64,000 nucleotides of DNA, from NCBI GenBank assembly GCA_009914755.4, contig CP068257.2, positions 26,048,001 to 26,112,000 of the forward strand, in the 5' to 3' direction. Origin of the DNA: the human T2T-CHM13v2.0 reference genome, Homo sapiens. Numbering within the stretch: position 1 is the stretch's first letter; each line of letters begins with the position of its first letter. Positions 1-15,850 of this stretch are shown piece after piece. The notes under the pieces are model-generated. The model did no database searches. It saw only the letters and a program-made list of their open reading frames with translations, and was not told the origin of the DNA. A program made the position numbers and the translations under genes.

Positions 1-760
1 AATTTTGGAAAGTTGTCAGGCATTAATGCTTCAAATAATTATTCTGGTATTCCCTGGTATTCCAGTTGTGTATATATGTCTTTTGATATTAGTGTACTCT
101 TTGGAGCTCTTATTTTTCTGTTTTAATTCATTCTTTTCCATTTCCTATTTCCTGTTTCCCTTTTAGTTTGGGAAGTTTTTTTGTTGTTGTTGTTTTGTTT
201 TCTTTTGTTTTTTTGAACCTACCATCAAGTTTGATCTATCATGAATTAAAACTATTTTTTATTCCCTGCTTTTATTTTTTTATTACTCTTTTGAGTTTTT
301 CTCCCTCTCTCTCTCTCTCTGCTTATATTATGCATTTGTGCTTGTTGGTTGTCTATTTTTTCCATTAGAGTCTTAAGAAAATTATGACAGTAACTTAAAA
401 ATCCCTGCCTGGAAACTGATAATGCCAATATCTGAATCTGGGTCTAGTGATTCTTTTGTCTATTTTCCCTGTTTATTGTGGTTTTTAAAAAATATTTGTT
501 TGGTTTTGCCTTTCAGTATGCCTTGTGTTTTTTTCTTGTTGTGGTTGTGGCTGTTATGAGGTTGAAAGTCATACATGCTGTATTGGATAATACTAAATGA
601 GGTAACTAGGCCTTTATTGTGAGAGTCATGTTAATCTGGCTAGAAGTTAGTGTTTATTATTTGTTATATGTATTAGTTCCAATGACTTCAAATTCCCCCT
701 TTTGACCTTGGGCTTCTCTATATATCTCTCTCAGAGAGATTCTGTATTTTTTAGTTCTTT

Positions 761-862
761 AAATAAACAGAATTTTTAATAAATAGATTTAATAATTTAG
801 ATTAATATTTTAAATTTAATAAATAGATTCTTTAAATAAATAGATTAAATAAATAGATTTTT
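761..862. repeat. AT-rich tandem repeat, ~13-bp unit (AAATAAATAGATT-like), ~7 degenerate copies
   Basis: Read directly: ...aaataaacagaatttttaataaatagatttaataatttagattaatattttaaatttaataaatagattctttaaataaatagattaaataaatagattttt. Confidence 0.7.
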
Positions 863-1317
863 AAAGCTTCCTGTAGTCATCCTTTTCTTTCAAGGTTTTT
901 GGTCAACCTTTTTATTCCCATCTGGTATTATTCCCCAGGCATCTATATTGTTAAACAATTGCTGCTAATTGTTTTCAGCAATCACCCAGGGACAGGGATT
1001 TTCTTATTGGATGAACTCCATTGAATGAGCTTTTTTTCCCCCTATTTCTACTGAATGAGTTCTTTTAATATTGAATGAGTTCTTGACATCACTAAGTGAA
1101 ATAATCACAAACCCTGTGAATGGAACTCTTAGGGGAGTTGCCAGGTAAAATAGTGACAATTACCTGATGATGGGGCTTTTTGACAAACTCCATTCCTACT
1201 ATACCTACCCTCATAGCTGTTAAGTTGCAGTTCTTCACAACTACCATGATTTAAAAGCTGTTGGTTTTTAAGACAACAACAAAGCTGGTGAGTGGAGAAT
1301 GGAAATAAAGCATGTTA

Positions 1318-1343
1318 AAAAACAAACAAACAAACAAACAAAA
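1318..1343. repeat. (CAAA)n microsatellite
   Basis: aaacaaacaaacaaacaaacaaa read directly. Confidence 0.85.
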
Positions 1344-1521
1344 TTGTTCTTACCAAATTTTAACCATTTTGCTTGAATGAATATTCCTCAGCTAGTATAA
1401 GCCTCTAGTTAAGTGTTCTAAAACAGTTGATTTTGGCCATTTTGGCCAATGTTCCCTCATTGTTTGTGTAGAGGATTATATTTTTGGAGTTTCTAACTCC
1501 ACAATTCGAAAAGTTTCACTC

Positions 1522-1925
1522 TGTATTGTTCTATAAGTCAGTTCTCACATTGCTATAAAGGAATGCCTCAGACTGAGTAATTTATAAAGAAATAAGGTTC
1601 AATTGACTCATGGGTTCACAGGCTGTACAGGAAGCAAGGCTGGGGAGGCCTCGGGAAACCTCCCCGAGAACCTAGTCATGACAGAAGGTGAAGGGTAAGC
1701 AGTCCTGTCTTACATGACCAGAGCAAGAAGAAGAGAGACAGGGGGTGGTGCCACACACTTTTAAACAATCAAATCTCATAAGCACTCATTCACTATCATG
1801 AGAGCAGCAGTAGGCGGATATCCACTCCCATGATTCAGTCACCTCTCACTTGATTACACCTCCAACATTGGGGATTATAATTTGACATGAGATTTTACAC
1901 AGCATCCTAAACAGCCATCTAAATA
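1522..1925 (-). mobile_element. Solitary ERVL-MaLR LTR (THE1/MST-like), antisense orientation
   Basis: Reads as reverse complement of the THE1/MST LTR consensus: ctgtattgttc...ctcacattgctataaag...gggaggcctcgggaaacct...atgacagaaggtgaagg...ccacacacttttaaacaatcaaatctcat...cactatcatgagagcagca...ggggattataatttgacatgagatttt. Confidence 0.7.
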
Positions 1926-3928
1926 ATGAGATACATATATGTATATACATATATCTCATCATTTTGAGCTGCAAACTTTTACTGGAGGCAATAGAAATAC
2001 TAAATGTGAATAAAATATGTGTAATGCTCAAAGGACTTTGCTTCAAAACATCATGTTGTAAACATCACGTTATTTATGTAATTATGTATAAGAATTTTGG
2101 AATACAAACAATATTATTTTTATAGCAGTAAGTACAATAGTTTGTGGCACTTTTCTGTTGCTTTAGCTTTTCATAATTTCTTTTTGCGATCGTTTACAAT
2201 GCCCATTCCCTAAGACACCCTTGAAAAACGTATCTATACACTGAGCAAATATTCCAGAAAATATAAACACATCAAGTTGTCACAGGGTGAAGCTCAAAAT
2301 TGGGGCTCAGCCTGGAAGATCACGTGGGTTTTTGGCACAGGAAGGAATTCAAGAGGGAGCCAACAATAAACTGAAATCAAGTTTATTATGAAAGTAAAGC
2401 AATAAAACGTTGGCTGTTCCATAGATCAAGCAGCCCCAAAGGCTGCTAGTTGTCTATTTTATGGTTATTTCTTCATTATACACTAAACAAGGAGTGGATT
2501 ATTCATTGGTTTTCCAGGAAAGGGGCTAGTGGCCAGAACAGAGGGTTCCTCCTCCTTTCAGACCATATGGAATAACTTTTGAACACTTCCACGGCATTTG
2601 TAAACAGTCATGGTGCTGGTGGAAGTGCCTTTTAGCGTGCTATTACATTATAATTAGCGTATAACAAGCAGGTAGGACAATCAGTGGTCACTTTTCTTGT
2701 CATCTTTGTTTTGGTGGGTTTTGGCTGGCTTCTTTAAAGCATCCTGTTTATCTGTGGGATCTTTGTGACCTATAGCTTGCAAGACCAGCCCTGCCTAGAA
2801 CTCCTAACTCAAAGTTATGAAAATGGCAAAATGTCCTTTAATGAGTGTATGTAATTACTAAAGCAATGCTATTAAGTACCAAGTGACTGCTTTTCAGCAA
2901 ATGACCTTCACAATATGTACATTGAAGAAATATTCAAGTTTTAGCACTTTAATACTTGCAATATGTGCTTACTTTTAATTAAAGAAGAAATAAGTCATTG
3001 ATGTCAGATAGCTGATACAAAGCCTGTGATACAATCTCAAACACTGTGTTAGATGATGTGTGAAACACACAACGATGCATTTTTCTTCTGAAAGATGAAT
3101 CCTAGCCTTGTACTAGTGATTCACAAAAATTCAAGCCCCCTTAACCATTTGGTGTCTTCCCAGACACAGGACTTAGAATCCTAACTGTAGTACATATCAA
3201 ATCTGTTAGAAAGTAGATAAATTCAACACACAGAGAATATAACATTTAATGAAATTAACAAGTGAGGAAATACTTATTTAAAGGGTATGCTAATGCCATT
3301 ACTTCATATTTTAGGTTTTCATGGAAATTTCCAAAGAAATTCATCCTGATAGATTTACTAGACAGCTTATCATACTATGTAATCATAGACTCCTGAGAAT
3401 TATCTTATTTTCCAAAACATTGTTTGATCATATATCCTTAATTTCTAGAATCACAAGTGGAGGGAGGTGTAAGGGCAGATGTTCCCTTGAAAAGCAAATT
3501 GAAAAAGAAAAGAGTAATTGCAAAAGGATTCCTTGGCATTTGTCTTGAGAATTTTCTTTAGAGTAACACTCATCTTCAAGTCAATGCATGGAATTTCCTT
3601 CCAGTGTAGGGAAAAATTTGAAAAAATGAGAGGGACCATTGTAATTTTCACTATAACTGGGTGGTAGTATGTGGGTGTTAATTAATTATTTGTTTTTACA
3701 CCTAGTGAGTCATCTCTTATTAAGGAATAAAGAGTTCATAAAACTTTCTCATCAGTGCTAATTTGTTACCAATAAATAACTTAATGAAGTGGATAAATAT
3801 TATTTAAATTTTGTTATATCCCACCTACAAAGGTAATAAGACTAAAAACGTGATGCTTCTCCTTTATTTCTAGCCATTGTAATTTTTTCAAAAATTTTCA
3901 ACAAATAAATATGTTTTAATTTCCTATT

Positions 3929-4740
3929 GCTTTTAAAAATCAATCCAGAAAGATTAGACTGGCTCAATTATATGAATACCACCTTCATTCCAGCAACTTG
4001 TAGGGTTAGCAATAAGACTCACTACAGGTGTAATCTATGACCTAGTAATTTAATATACATTTTGGACAATCACGCAGAGGTGTCACTTACCTTTACGAGC
4101 ACATTAATTGGGCATATAGAAAAAGCTGTAAAATAAACAGCTTTTCATTGTTTTTACTTGCCAGTTTTTTTTCAGAATTTTCCAGTATATAATTTCTGAT
4201 TGAGTAATTACATTTTTCTTTCATGTCCATGTCACCAGGGGCTCCAGTGAATCCATGCTGGAGCTTCAGTTTGCTTTCCTGGGCGTTGTCTTTAGGCATA
4301 AAGTAACCTGAGTAGATTACCGAGGCAGAAAATGGTCCTGATGTTGGCTTTCTCTCTGCCTCTTGTCTGTACAAATAATTTCTCTTCTGTCTAAGCAGTT
4401 TAGCACACATGTAGCTCTCTATTCTATTGCTCCACTCAAGTTGCAGCACTTTGCATGTGAGTGTGTATGATGATGCTGGGGAAAATGAGGAGAGGCATGC
4501 TATTCTGAAATAATGTTTCAATAGAAATAAGGTATCCTAATGAGAAAGGAAGGATTCATAAATCCTTCATGACTTTAAAAGCTTGTTGCTTTTAAAAATC
4601 AATCCAAAAGGATTAGACTGGCTCAATTACATGAATACCACCCTCATTCCAGAAACTTGTAAATGTAGCAGTAAGACCTACTGCAGAAGTAATGCTGATA
4701 AAGAAAGTATCCTAATGGGAAAGGAAGGATTCATATGGCT
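3929..4740. repeat. Local low-copy duplication. A ~110-bp segment (cttttaaaaatcaatccaGAaaGattagactggctcaattaCatgaataccacc...) occurs at 3929-4040 and again at 4589-4700, with a second short shared block (gtatcctaatgGgaaaggaaggattcata) at 4530-4565 and 4703-4740
   Basis: Direct comparison of the two stretches, ~85% identity; family unknown. Confidence 0.5.
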
Positions 4741-7054
4741 ACCTTGTGAACAGGTGCCTACTTTGATTTCCTTCAAAGTGCAAAAATCAGGAACTCACCG
4801 TTTAGAAGTCTGGCTTCAAACTATTCCCCTTTTAGATAAGTAAAAGTCACAAAATCATAAAAATATGACAATAGACCACAGTTATGTAATTTTCATATAC
4901 ATATTCATCCCTCAAAGAGACCGTAATTAACCTTTTAGCTCTTCTTTCTCTGACCATAGAGAGATAACAATGTTTTATTTTATCATTGTCTACCAGCAGT
5001 TTAATATTTCCATTGTCCCATAGGTCTGTTACCATCCAACCATCCCCATCACTTGTTCCTTTATACCGCTACAGCTGAGACCGCTGCTAGCCTTTCTCGC
5101 CTGGAGCAATAACTAACATTTGGTGGCCTTCCAATGCTCTTCCCTGGCCCACTATTTGTCAGCCAGTTTTCCTTACTAGGAGAACTGGGCAGACCTTATT
5201 GGAGATAGTGAGAACAGCAGAGAGAAAACCTTTCGAATAAAATTAGACAATTGATTCTGCTTCTTTAAGTCTTTTGGAGTACTTTGCTTTTTTCTTTCTT
5301 CTACAGATGCCTAAGGGAGAAAAAAAAAGGGAAAGCCCGAAAGAAATCTCTGGTTAACTGGAGAATCCAGGAAATATGTGTCATTTCGAAACTCAATTTC
5401 ACATCAGACCAAGGGTTGGTAGTGACACATCCTGCTAATAAAACCATCCAGACAAGTCCTCACAAGCTAGTAGTGTGTTTTTTGATTTCTGCGGTGACCT
5501 CACTTAGAGGAGATGCCGTTGGTTTGGTGGATATTACTGAAAATGAACAGGGGACACTTATGTACCCGAAGAAGTGAAAACAAAAACATTCTGATGAAAC
5601 TGTTTTGAATTTTTTGTGCCTAAATTTTCAACTAATTTTTTTCTACCATGATCAACTTGAGGAATCCTGTTCCTTTGATATCAGTTAGTGTTAGGAAGGC
5701 ATCGAATTCACTGGAGTACAGGAAAGGGTTATTGTCATTGTTTGTAGGTGTTGGGGGATGGGTATGCTGCTGGGGGACATGAGAGTTCAGAGATATTGCA
5801 AAAAACAGAAATTATATTTAATAACACAAAAGGTATTAGTCTCTAAAATAAAAAATAAAGACATAGACTATACTTTTATAATTATATTAATTCATATTTT
5901 ATAAACTAACTTGGTAGTTCTATTTTTTAACTGAGTTAATGACATTTTAAAACATTTTTTTGTGAAAAAAATAATTTTGTTTGAATTATCAGCAGTTTCT
6001 AGATGTGAGGATTTGATTTTAATTTACTTATCAATATTTATGAAGTTAGAAATATTGAAAGAAAAGTGTGAAAATAATTAGACTAACAAAAGCTTAAACA
6101 TCAAACAAAAGTTAAAAAATGAAGTTATTTCTGACAACTACGTGATTAACATACAACTGCTGAATTATGTAAATTATATTGCAAATATTTTATTTAATAA
6201 TTCTCATGACATGCTGATTGCCTACATATTTGTGTTCATATAACAAACACATTTATTCACTACTTTTTAAAAGCATATTATATAATGTTTTTATAATTTT
6301 AATAGAAGGAATGTTAAAATAACACTTCAATCACATCTTCCTCTTATACAGATAAAATGGCACTTTTTTAAATAAAAATGCGTCATTAAATCATTTTTTC
6401 CACCCAAAGAACACAAATAGCAAATATCTCAATTATAAAGAAAAAAAGTCTTCTGAGATCTTTCCCGATTTAGAAGTCTACTATTCTGAATTGGCTAAAA
6501 TAAAAGCAATGACTTTACATAGTTGAACCCACTCCCCCCCTTAAAACTGAAATGTGTTAAGAGAGTGGTGAATAAAAATAACTGAGCTGACAGATTACAT
6601 CATCTAATTTACACCCACACAACCACTAGCTCCTTTATTTCAAATAAAGCTCCTTTGAGTCTTGATGGTAGAGTCACATAATCTCAGGTCTGCATGGCAT
6701 TCCCATTTACGGTGTTTCTCCACCAGGGAAAATTGGTGAAACTCAAAGTTCCCAGGATGATGCTGGGAAGAACTTAGAGATAAAACATGCACTGCCTAAG
6801 AGGAGTGGAATGTGAATGGAGATGAGGCTGTAGACCTAGGCAGGGATCCGACCTAAGGACCCCGGTGTCAGGCAAAGATTCTATCCTGCAGAAACTGAGA
6901 ATCATCAGAGAATTTTACCCAGAAGAGAAACACAATAACATGTGCCCTTTATAAACCTCATTCCAAGCAAGAGTGACACACATTAATACCTCTAACAGAC
7001 TATTTATTTAAAGAAATTTTTAAGAAAAATAAAATAACTTTAAAACCAGAAAAT

Positions 7055-7475
7055 TTTTATGAAGCTCTCGTCCGTCCTTCCTTCCTTCCGTCCTTCCTCC
7101 CTCCCTTCCTTCCTCTCTCTCTTTCCTTTCCTTTTCTTTCTTTCTCTTTTCCTTCCTTCCTTCCTTCTTGCTTTCTTGCTTTCTTGTCTTTCTCTCCTTC
7201 CTTCCTTCCTTCCTCCCTCCCTCCCTTCCTCTCTCCCTCCCTCCCTTCCTCTCTCTTTTTTTTCTTTCTTTCTCTTTTCCTTCCTTCTTTCCTTCTTGCT
7301 TTCTTGTCTTTCTTTCTTGCCTGCCTTCCTCTCTCCCTCTTTCTTTCTTTCTTTTCTTTCTTTCCCTTTCTTTTTCCTTTCTTCTCTTTCTCTCCTTCTC
7401 CTCTCCTTCTCTCGCTCTTCCTTTCCTGTTCTTTCTTTCTTTGCTTTCTCTCTCTTTCTCTTCTTCCCCAAAGTT
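7055..7475. repeat. Long polypyrimidine simple repeat (TTCC/CTTTC/CCTTCC)n, ~420 bp; the complementary strand is pure polypurine
   Basis: Read directly: tccttccttccgtccttcctccctcccttcc...ctttctttctctttt... This tract produces the overlapping 100-160 aa low-complexity 'ORFs' at 7040-7541 on both strands. Confidence 0.95.
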
Positions 7476-8164
7476 ACAATTGTGATTGTAGACACCTTAA
7501 AATTTCCAACTGAAAATCTTGTATTTTTTTTAGCTACTTAGTTTTGAAAGCCATAAAGCATTTTTCTTTCTAATCAATTTATTGAATATATATTAACACA
7601 TTGAAAATATATCTTTGGCCTATTATTGCTTAACCATATAGAAATACTTTATAATTCATGTGTGGTGTGTAATTTTGTTTTTGTTTATGTGTGGTTTTGC
7701 CAGTGTTCCCAAATCCCCCAGCCAATGTGCTTACCTGTGAGTTCAAGAAGAATTTTTTTAGTGTACAATTTTTTGCTTATCATCCTAATGCAAATAGTTA
7801 AAAAGTGGAGAAACTGTGTTGAAATAGGTATATATTATTTTAAATATATATGAAGTTTGATGAAATGAACATTAATTTTACATTAAAAAATTTTATTAAT
7901 TAACTCATTTATTCTATTAATATTTCTGAAGAGCCTATACTCCGGTAGTTCCAGAAATTTTGTTACTTAAGTGAACAAAACAAGATTCATGCCCTTCTGG
8001 AGATTACATTAAAGCAGAAAGTTACATTTAAGACAGTTATAAATGAGTATATTTTGCCTTGCTGAAGGGAAAATATTGTAAAGCAAGGCAGAGGAGAGGA
8101 GAGAAAAGAAATCAGAGAAGGTTAAGGAGAATTGAGGAGATTGTAGAGAAGTGAGGAACACAAC

Positions 8165-11662
<3,498 letters not shown>

Positions 11663-11666
<4 letters not shown>

Positions 11667-11678
11667 AATGTAAATCTG
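11663..11678. repeat. Right TSD of the young L1: AAGAAATGTAAATCTG
   Basis: Identical to 8687-8702. Confidence 0.85.
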
Positions 11679-12354
11679 GACAAAAGCATGAAGAAGATGA
11701 AGGAGTTAGGCAGGGAGACATCTAGAAGTATATTCCTGGCAGAGTGACCATGGTGTTCCTTGCACGTTCCAGGAATAGCATGAGGACATCAACATGGTTA
11801 TTCGTTGTATCCAGTCATATTCAGCTGTACTTAGACATCTTATAGTAAATAAGAGCTGAGTTAAATGAATGTTGTGACTTTGCAAGTAAGTTCGATAATG
11901 GGAGAGAAGAACAAGGATAACACAAAGAATTTATTATAACAATTGTCCATGGAGTTTAGGCTGGAAGCAAAGAGAAAAAAGGGATACTGAGGCAATAAGT
12001 GAAGGTGAAAAGATTGTAGAATCAATAGATCACAGATAATAGTAGGGTTGAAAAACTCTTAAAGTTGAGTCATGAGAGGGAATGTCTGAAAAATACAGAA
12101 GAGAGCCAGATACATAAAACTAGGATAATGATGAAGTTGTAGTTATTGGTATCTTGGTGCCAAGGCCTGGGGCAGCACCGTCCAATAGAAATATAATGTC
12201 AGACACACATGTATTCAAACTGTTTTAGTATCTATCTTTAAAAAAAAATAAAAAGAAACACTAAATTTTGTTTATTAACATATTTTACTTAATTCAGGAT
12301 AGATAAAATATTACTACTACAATTTTCAATCAGAATAAACTTAATAAGGTATTT

Positions 12355-12400
12355 CCTATTATTATTATTATCATTATGATTATTCATTATTATTTTGGAA
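12355..12400. repeat. (ATT)n-like simple repeat
   Basis: attattattattatcattatgattattcattattatt. Confidence 0.6.
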
Positions 12401-13140
12401 GCCAGTGTGTATTTTATACTTACAGCACGTCTCAGTTCTGATTGCCACATTTAAAGTGAACAATAGGCAAATGTAGCTAAAAATGGCTAATATACTGAAC
12501 AGTGAGGTCTGGATATGATCATGAAAATGGATGGTTGAGCTTGTTGTTGTTACTGCAAGAAAAAAACAAACAGAATTTGAAGGCAAACTTGTTGAAATGA
12601 TCATTTTTGTAGCTACTCAGATCACTAATAATTAAGAGTGATGGAGAGAGACAAGCCACAAACTAAATCACTGAGAAACCCAAAAGAACAACCTTGATGG
12701 ATGACAATGACGGAAGAGGTACTGAACTCATGTCATCTGGTGACATAAGAGTCAAGGTTGAGAGTCTTTAGGGAACAAAAAGGGAGAGGTCTGGACATAG
12801 AATTGAGGAGCAGAGAACACCTACATCAACTCCAGACCGACTAGGTCTGTGGAAGAGGAAGAAGCCACAAGTTGAGAGCTGTAGGGAAAATGCTAAGGTG
12901 GGAACAGGCTTCCTGCACCTCAAAAGGTAAAGAGATTATTAGCAGGAGAGGAGTGAGGGAAGAGAAGGGAACAGGACACATGCAGAGCGTTATAATGCTT
13001 ACAGTGTGAAGGTAAAGGGTGGCTTGGGAATTGGGAGGCCTAAGGAAAACACAAGATTGAGTCTTGAAAACAGTACCGGAGGGTTTTGGTGAAACCCTCA
13101 GTGTGGGGTTGGGCATAGGAAGGCATGGCCAACTCACACT

Positions 13141-13800
13141 TCTTTTTCTTAAACAGCTTTACCAAGGTATAATTTATATATGGTACAATTCATCCATTTA
13201 AAGTGTACAATTCAATGGGTTTTTGTATATTCACAAAATTGTGCAACCATTACCACAACCTAATTTTTGAACATTTTAATCACCCAAAAAAGAAACCCTC
13301 AACCTATTTACAGTCACTTCCCATTGCCCTTCCCCATCTCCCCATTTCCAACCCTAATCTATCTTTTGTTCCTATAGATTTGCCCTTTCTGCACACATCT
13401 TATTAAATGGAATCACACAGCATTAGTAATTTGTATTGGTTTCATTCACTTAGCATCATGTTTTCAAGGTTTGTAGCATGTATCAGAAGTTCATTTTCTA
13501 ATTACCAAATAATAATCAATTTTATGGATGTAATATACTTTCATTTTCCATTGATAGGTCAAAGTTGTTTCCTGAATAGCCCTTTGCACTATTATGAACC
13601 ATGGTGAAATGGACATTTGTGCACAGATTTTCTTGTGGATTTAAGTTTTTAATTTTGTGTGTGAGGGGGCATATATCTAGGACTGGAATTGCTGGGTCAT
13701 GTGGTAACTCTGTGTTAAACATTCTGCAGAACTGCCAATCTGCACTCCAATGTGACCACTCATTTTACATTCCCACCAGCAATGTATGAAGGTCCAGCAC
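13141..13800 (-). mobile_element. Ancient L1 (L1M-type) 3'-end fragment, antisense
   Basis: Matches the reverse complement of the L1MB/L1MC 3' region: aaacagctttaccaaggtataatttatatatggtacaattcatccatttaaagtgtacaattcaatgggtttttgtatattcacaaaattgtgcaaccattaccacaacctaatttttgaacatttt...aaatggaatcacacagcatt...cacttagcatcatgttttcaaggtt...attgctgggtcatgtggtaactctgtgttaaacattctgcagaactgccaa...ttacattcccaccagcaatgtatgaagg. Confidence 0.65.
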
Positions 13801-14667
13801 TCACTCCTCCCTGACCCCTGCTAATGAAGGCAAAAATGCCCAGAAAGCCATGTCTTAACTCATATTGTGGCTCCCCTCATGATCACTGAAATTGACAACC
13901 TAGGCATGATCTTCACCGCAATGCCTGAGTTTACTTTTGATCCTTACAGGGAGGAAGAGGGCTGATATCAAGTGCAAGAGCTCATCTTGTCTCCTATGAA
14001 TGAGGATGAGACTTCAGAGCAGCCCATTGTAACACAGCAGATGCCTACCCTACTTTCAAAGCCCATTAATGCGGGCCAGGCAACACAGGTTTGTAATAAA
14101 TAAACACTTCAAATATTTACAGTAACTTTGCAAAGATAGATATGTCTAATCCTGCTTTATAGAAAAGGAATATGGGGTTTAAGATGTTTTGAACAATTTG
14201 CCCAATGTCACACTGATTGTAAGCACTGGTTAATTCTACAATCATTTGTACAATGCAAATCAGCACAAACATCACCTTGAAAGCAGGGTTGCAGTTTATA
14301 AGACCTGAATAGTCCTCAATAGCTTTAATTGTTTGTGTTTAGGAGTTATTCTAAGAATTATGGTTTTAATTGGCCCACGCAAGTGAAAAATGTGGAAAAG
14401 CATTCTACTAAGGTATTGCTAAGTGCTATTAAATAAGGATGACTTAAATAATGGGAATAAGATAAATGTATTATATTCTTAGTCATAGTGAGGAACCATA
14501 TTTCAAATGACTTCTTTTGGTAAGTGATTATTTAATGCGGTTTTACATAATGACATAAGAAAGAGAGTTATAGGATTAATAGCAAAAATAAGTGTGAAAA
14601 TGATTTCTAAATTGTAATTCATCTTTCTTCAAAAGGCTATAAATTAAATTAGTGTGGAATCCTTATC

Positions 14668-14793
14668 TAATATTAATCTTTACTTTGAAGATTGGATAAC
14701 AGCTGCTTGGGTAACAGGTGCACCAAAATCTCAGAAATCACCACTAAATAACTTATCCATGTAACCAAAATAATATTAATCTTTACTTTGAAG
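14668..14793. other. 80-bp templated insertion (14691-14770) flanked by a perfect 23-bp direct repeat TAATATTAATCTTTACTTTGAAG (14668-14690 and 14771-14793). 68 bp of the insert are 100% identical to 16353-16420, part of the divergent L1 3'UTR 1.6 kb downstream
   Basis: Direct comparison of ctgcttgggtaacaggtgcaccaaaatctcagaaatcaccactaaataacttatccatgtaaccaaaa at both places. The 23-mer repeats exactly on either side. Confidence 0.75.
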
Positions 14794-14857
14794 GTAAACT
14801 GCATTGTTCTCCTTAATGTATAAAAAGGGTTCTAAATATGAAAAATGTTAACTCTAG

Positions 14858-15140
<283 letters not shown>

Positions 15141-15850
15141 AAAAATGTTAACTCTGTATGCATTATGTTTCATAAGTCTTGGAAAAGTTGTTTCATTTTC
15201 ACTTAAAAGGAGCTACTCAAAACATTAGAAATAACTTTTTAAATAGCTTAAAATAAGGTATTGAATATGTAAATAATGCACATTGATACAATATCATGCA
15301 AAGCTGCTACAGGTTATAATGTAGAATTGTATTAAATGACAGGAAACTTGTCAACAATAAGCTATTAAGTGAAAAGTAGAAGCAGGTTACACAATGCCTG
15401 ATTCTAAGTTTGAGAAAGACAAACTGATAAATAGAGGCATCTTGATCTAAAATACATCTTAACAAAATGCACCAACATCTTAGAATAGTTCCCTTCGAAT
15501 ATTGGAATGAAGCCTGCTTAGTATTTTTTTCCTTTTTGTAGCTCAGTAATTTCTGTTTTCAACAGTAAAGTAGATATTACTTTTGTAATGATAAAATAAT
15601 TTTTAAAAGATCTGAGATCCCAAATTTTGCCATATGCTAGTCAGTAGTTTCTGTTTATTCTTCTACTGTTACAACAATACTTTGCTTTGTACAGTTAATA
15701 TTAGAGGGCAAAAACTATCTGTAAAAAAATTTTCTTCACCTGTATCAATGTTTAATGAGTAAAATTAAACAAAATTGGAATTGATAAAATGTATTTTTTT
15801 ATTTTACAAAAATATAGAACGTAGTTTTTAAATGAATGATATATCTTGAG

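Noticed and set aside
761-862. Short tandem arrays (here, and also at 20150-20240 and 29640-29815) considered as possible CRISPR-like repeat-spacer arrays
   Set aside because: The units are contiguous with no unique spacers, they are AT-rich or tetranucleotide, and the context is eukaryotic. These are ordinary mini- and microsatellites
2280-2790. ~500-bp block (gtcacagggtgaagctcaaaattggggctcagcctggaagatcacgtgggtttttggcacagg...ttttccaggaaaggggctagtggccagaacagagggttcc...gcaagaccagccctgcc) with a few retained CpGs that feels LTR-like
   Set aside because: I cannot match it to a named family or find terminal TG...CA or a TSD with confidence. I left it unannotated rather than guess
7040-7541. Four overlapping ORFs of 105-160 aa on both strands (Ser/Leu/Phe/Pro-rich and Lys/Glu/Arg-rich)
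   Set aside because: They are pure translation artefacts of the (TTCC)n/(GGAA)n simple repeat. They have no start-site context and no complexity
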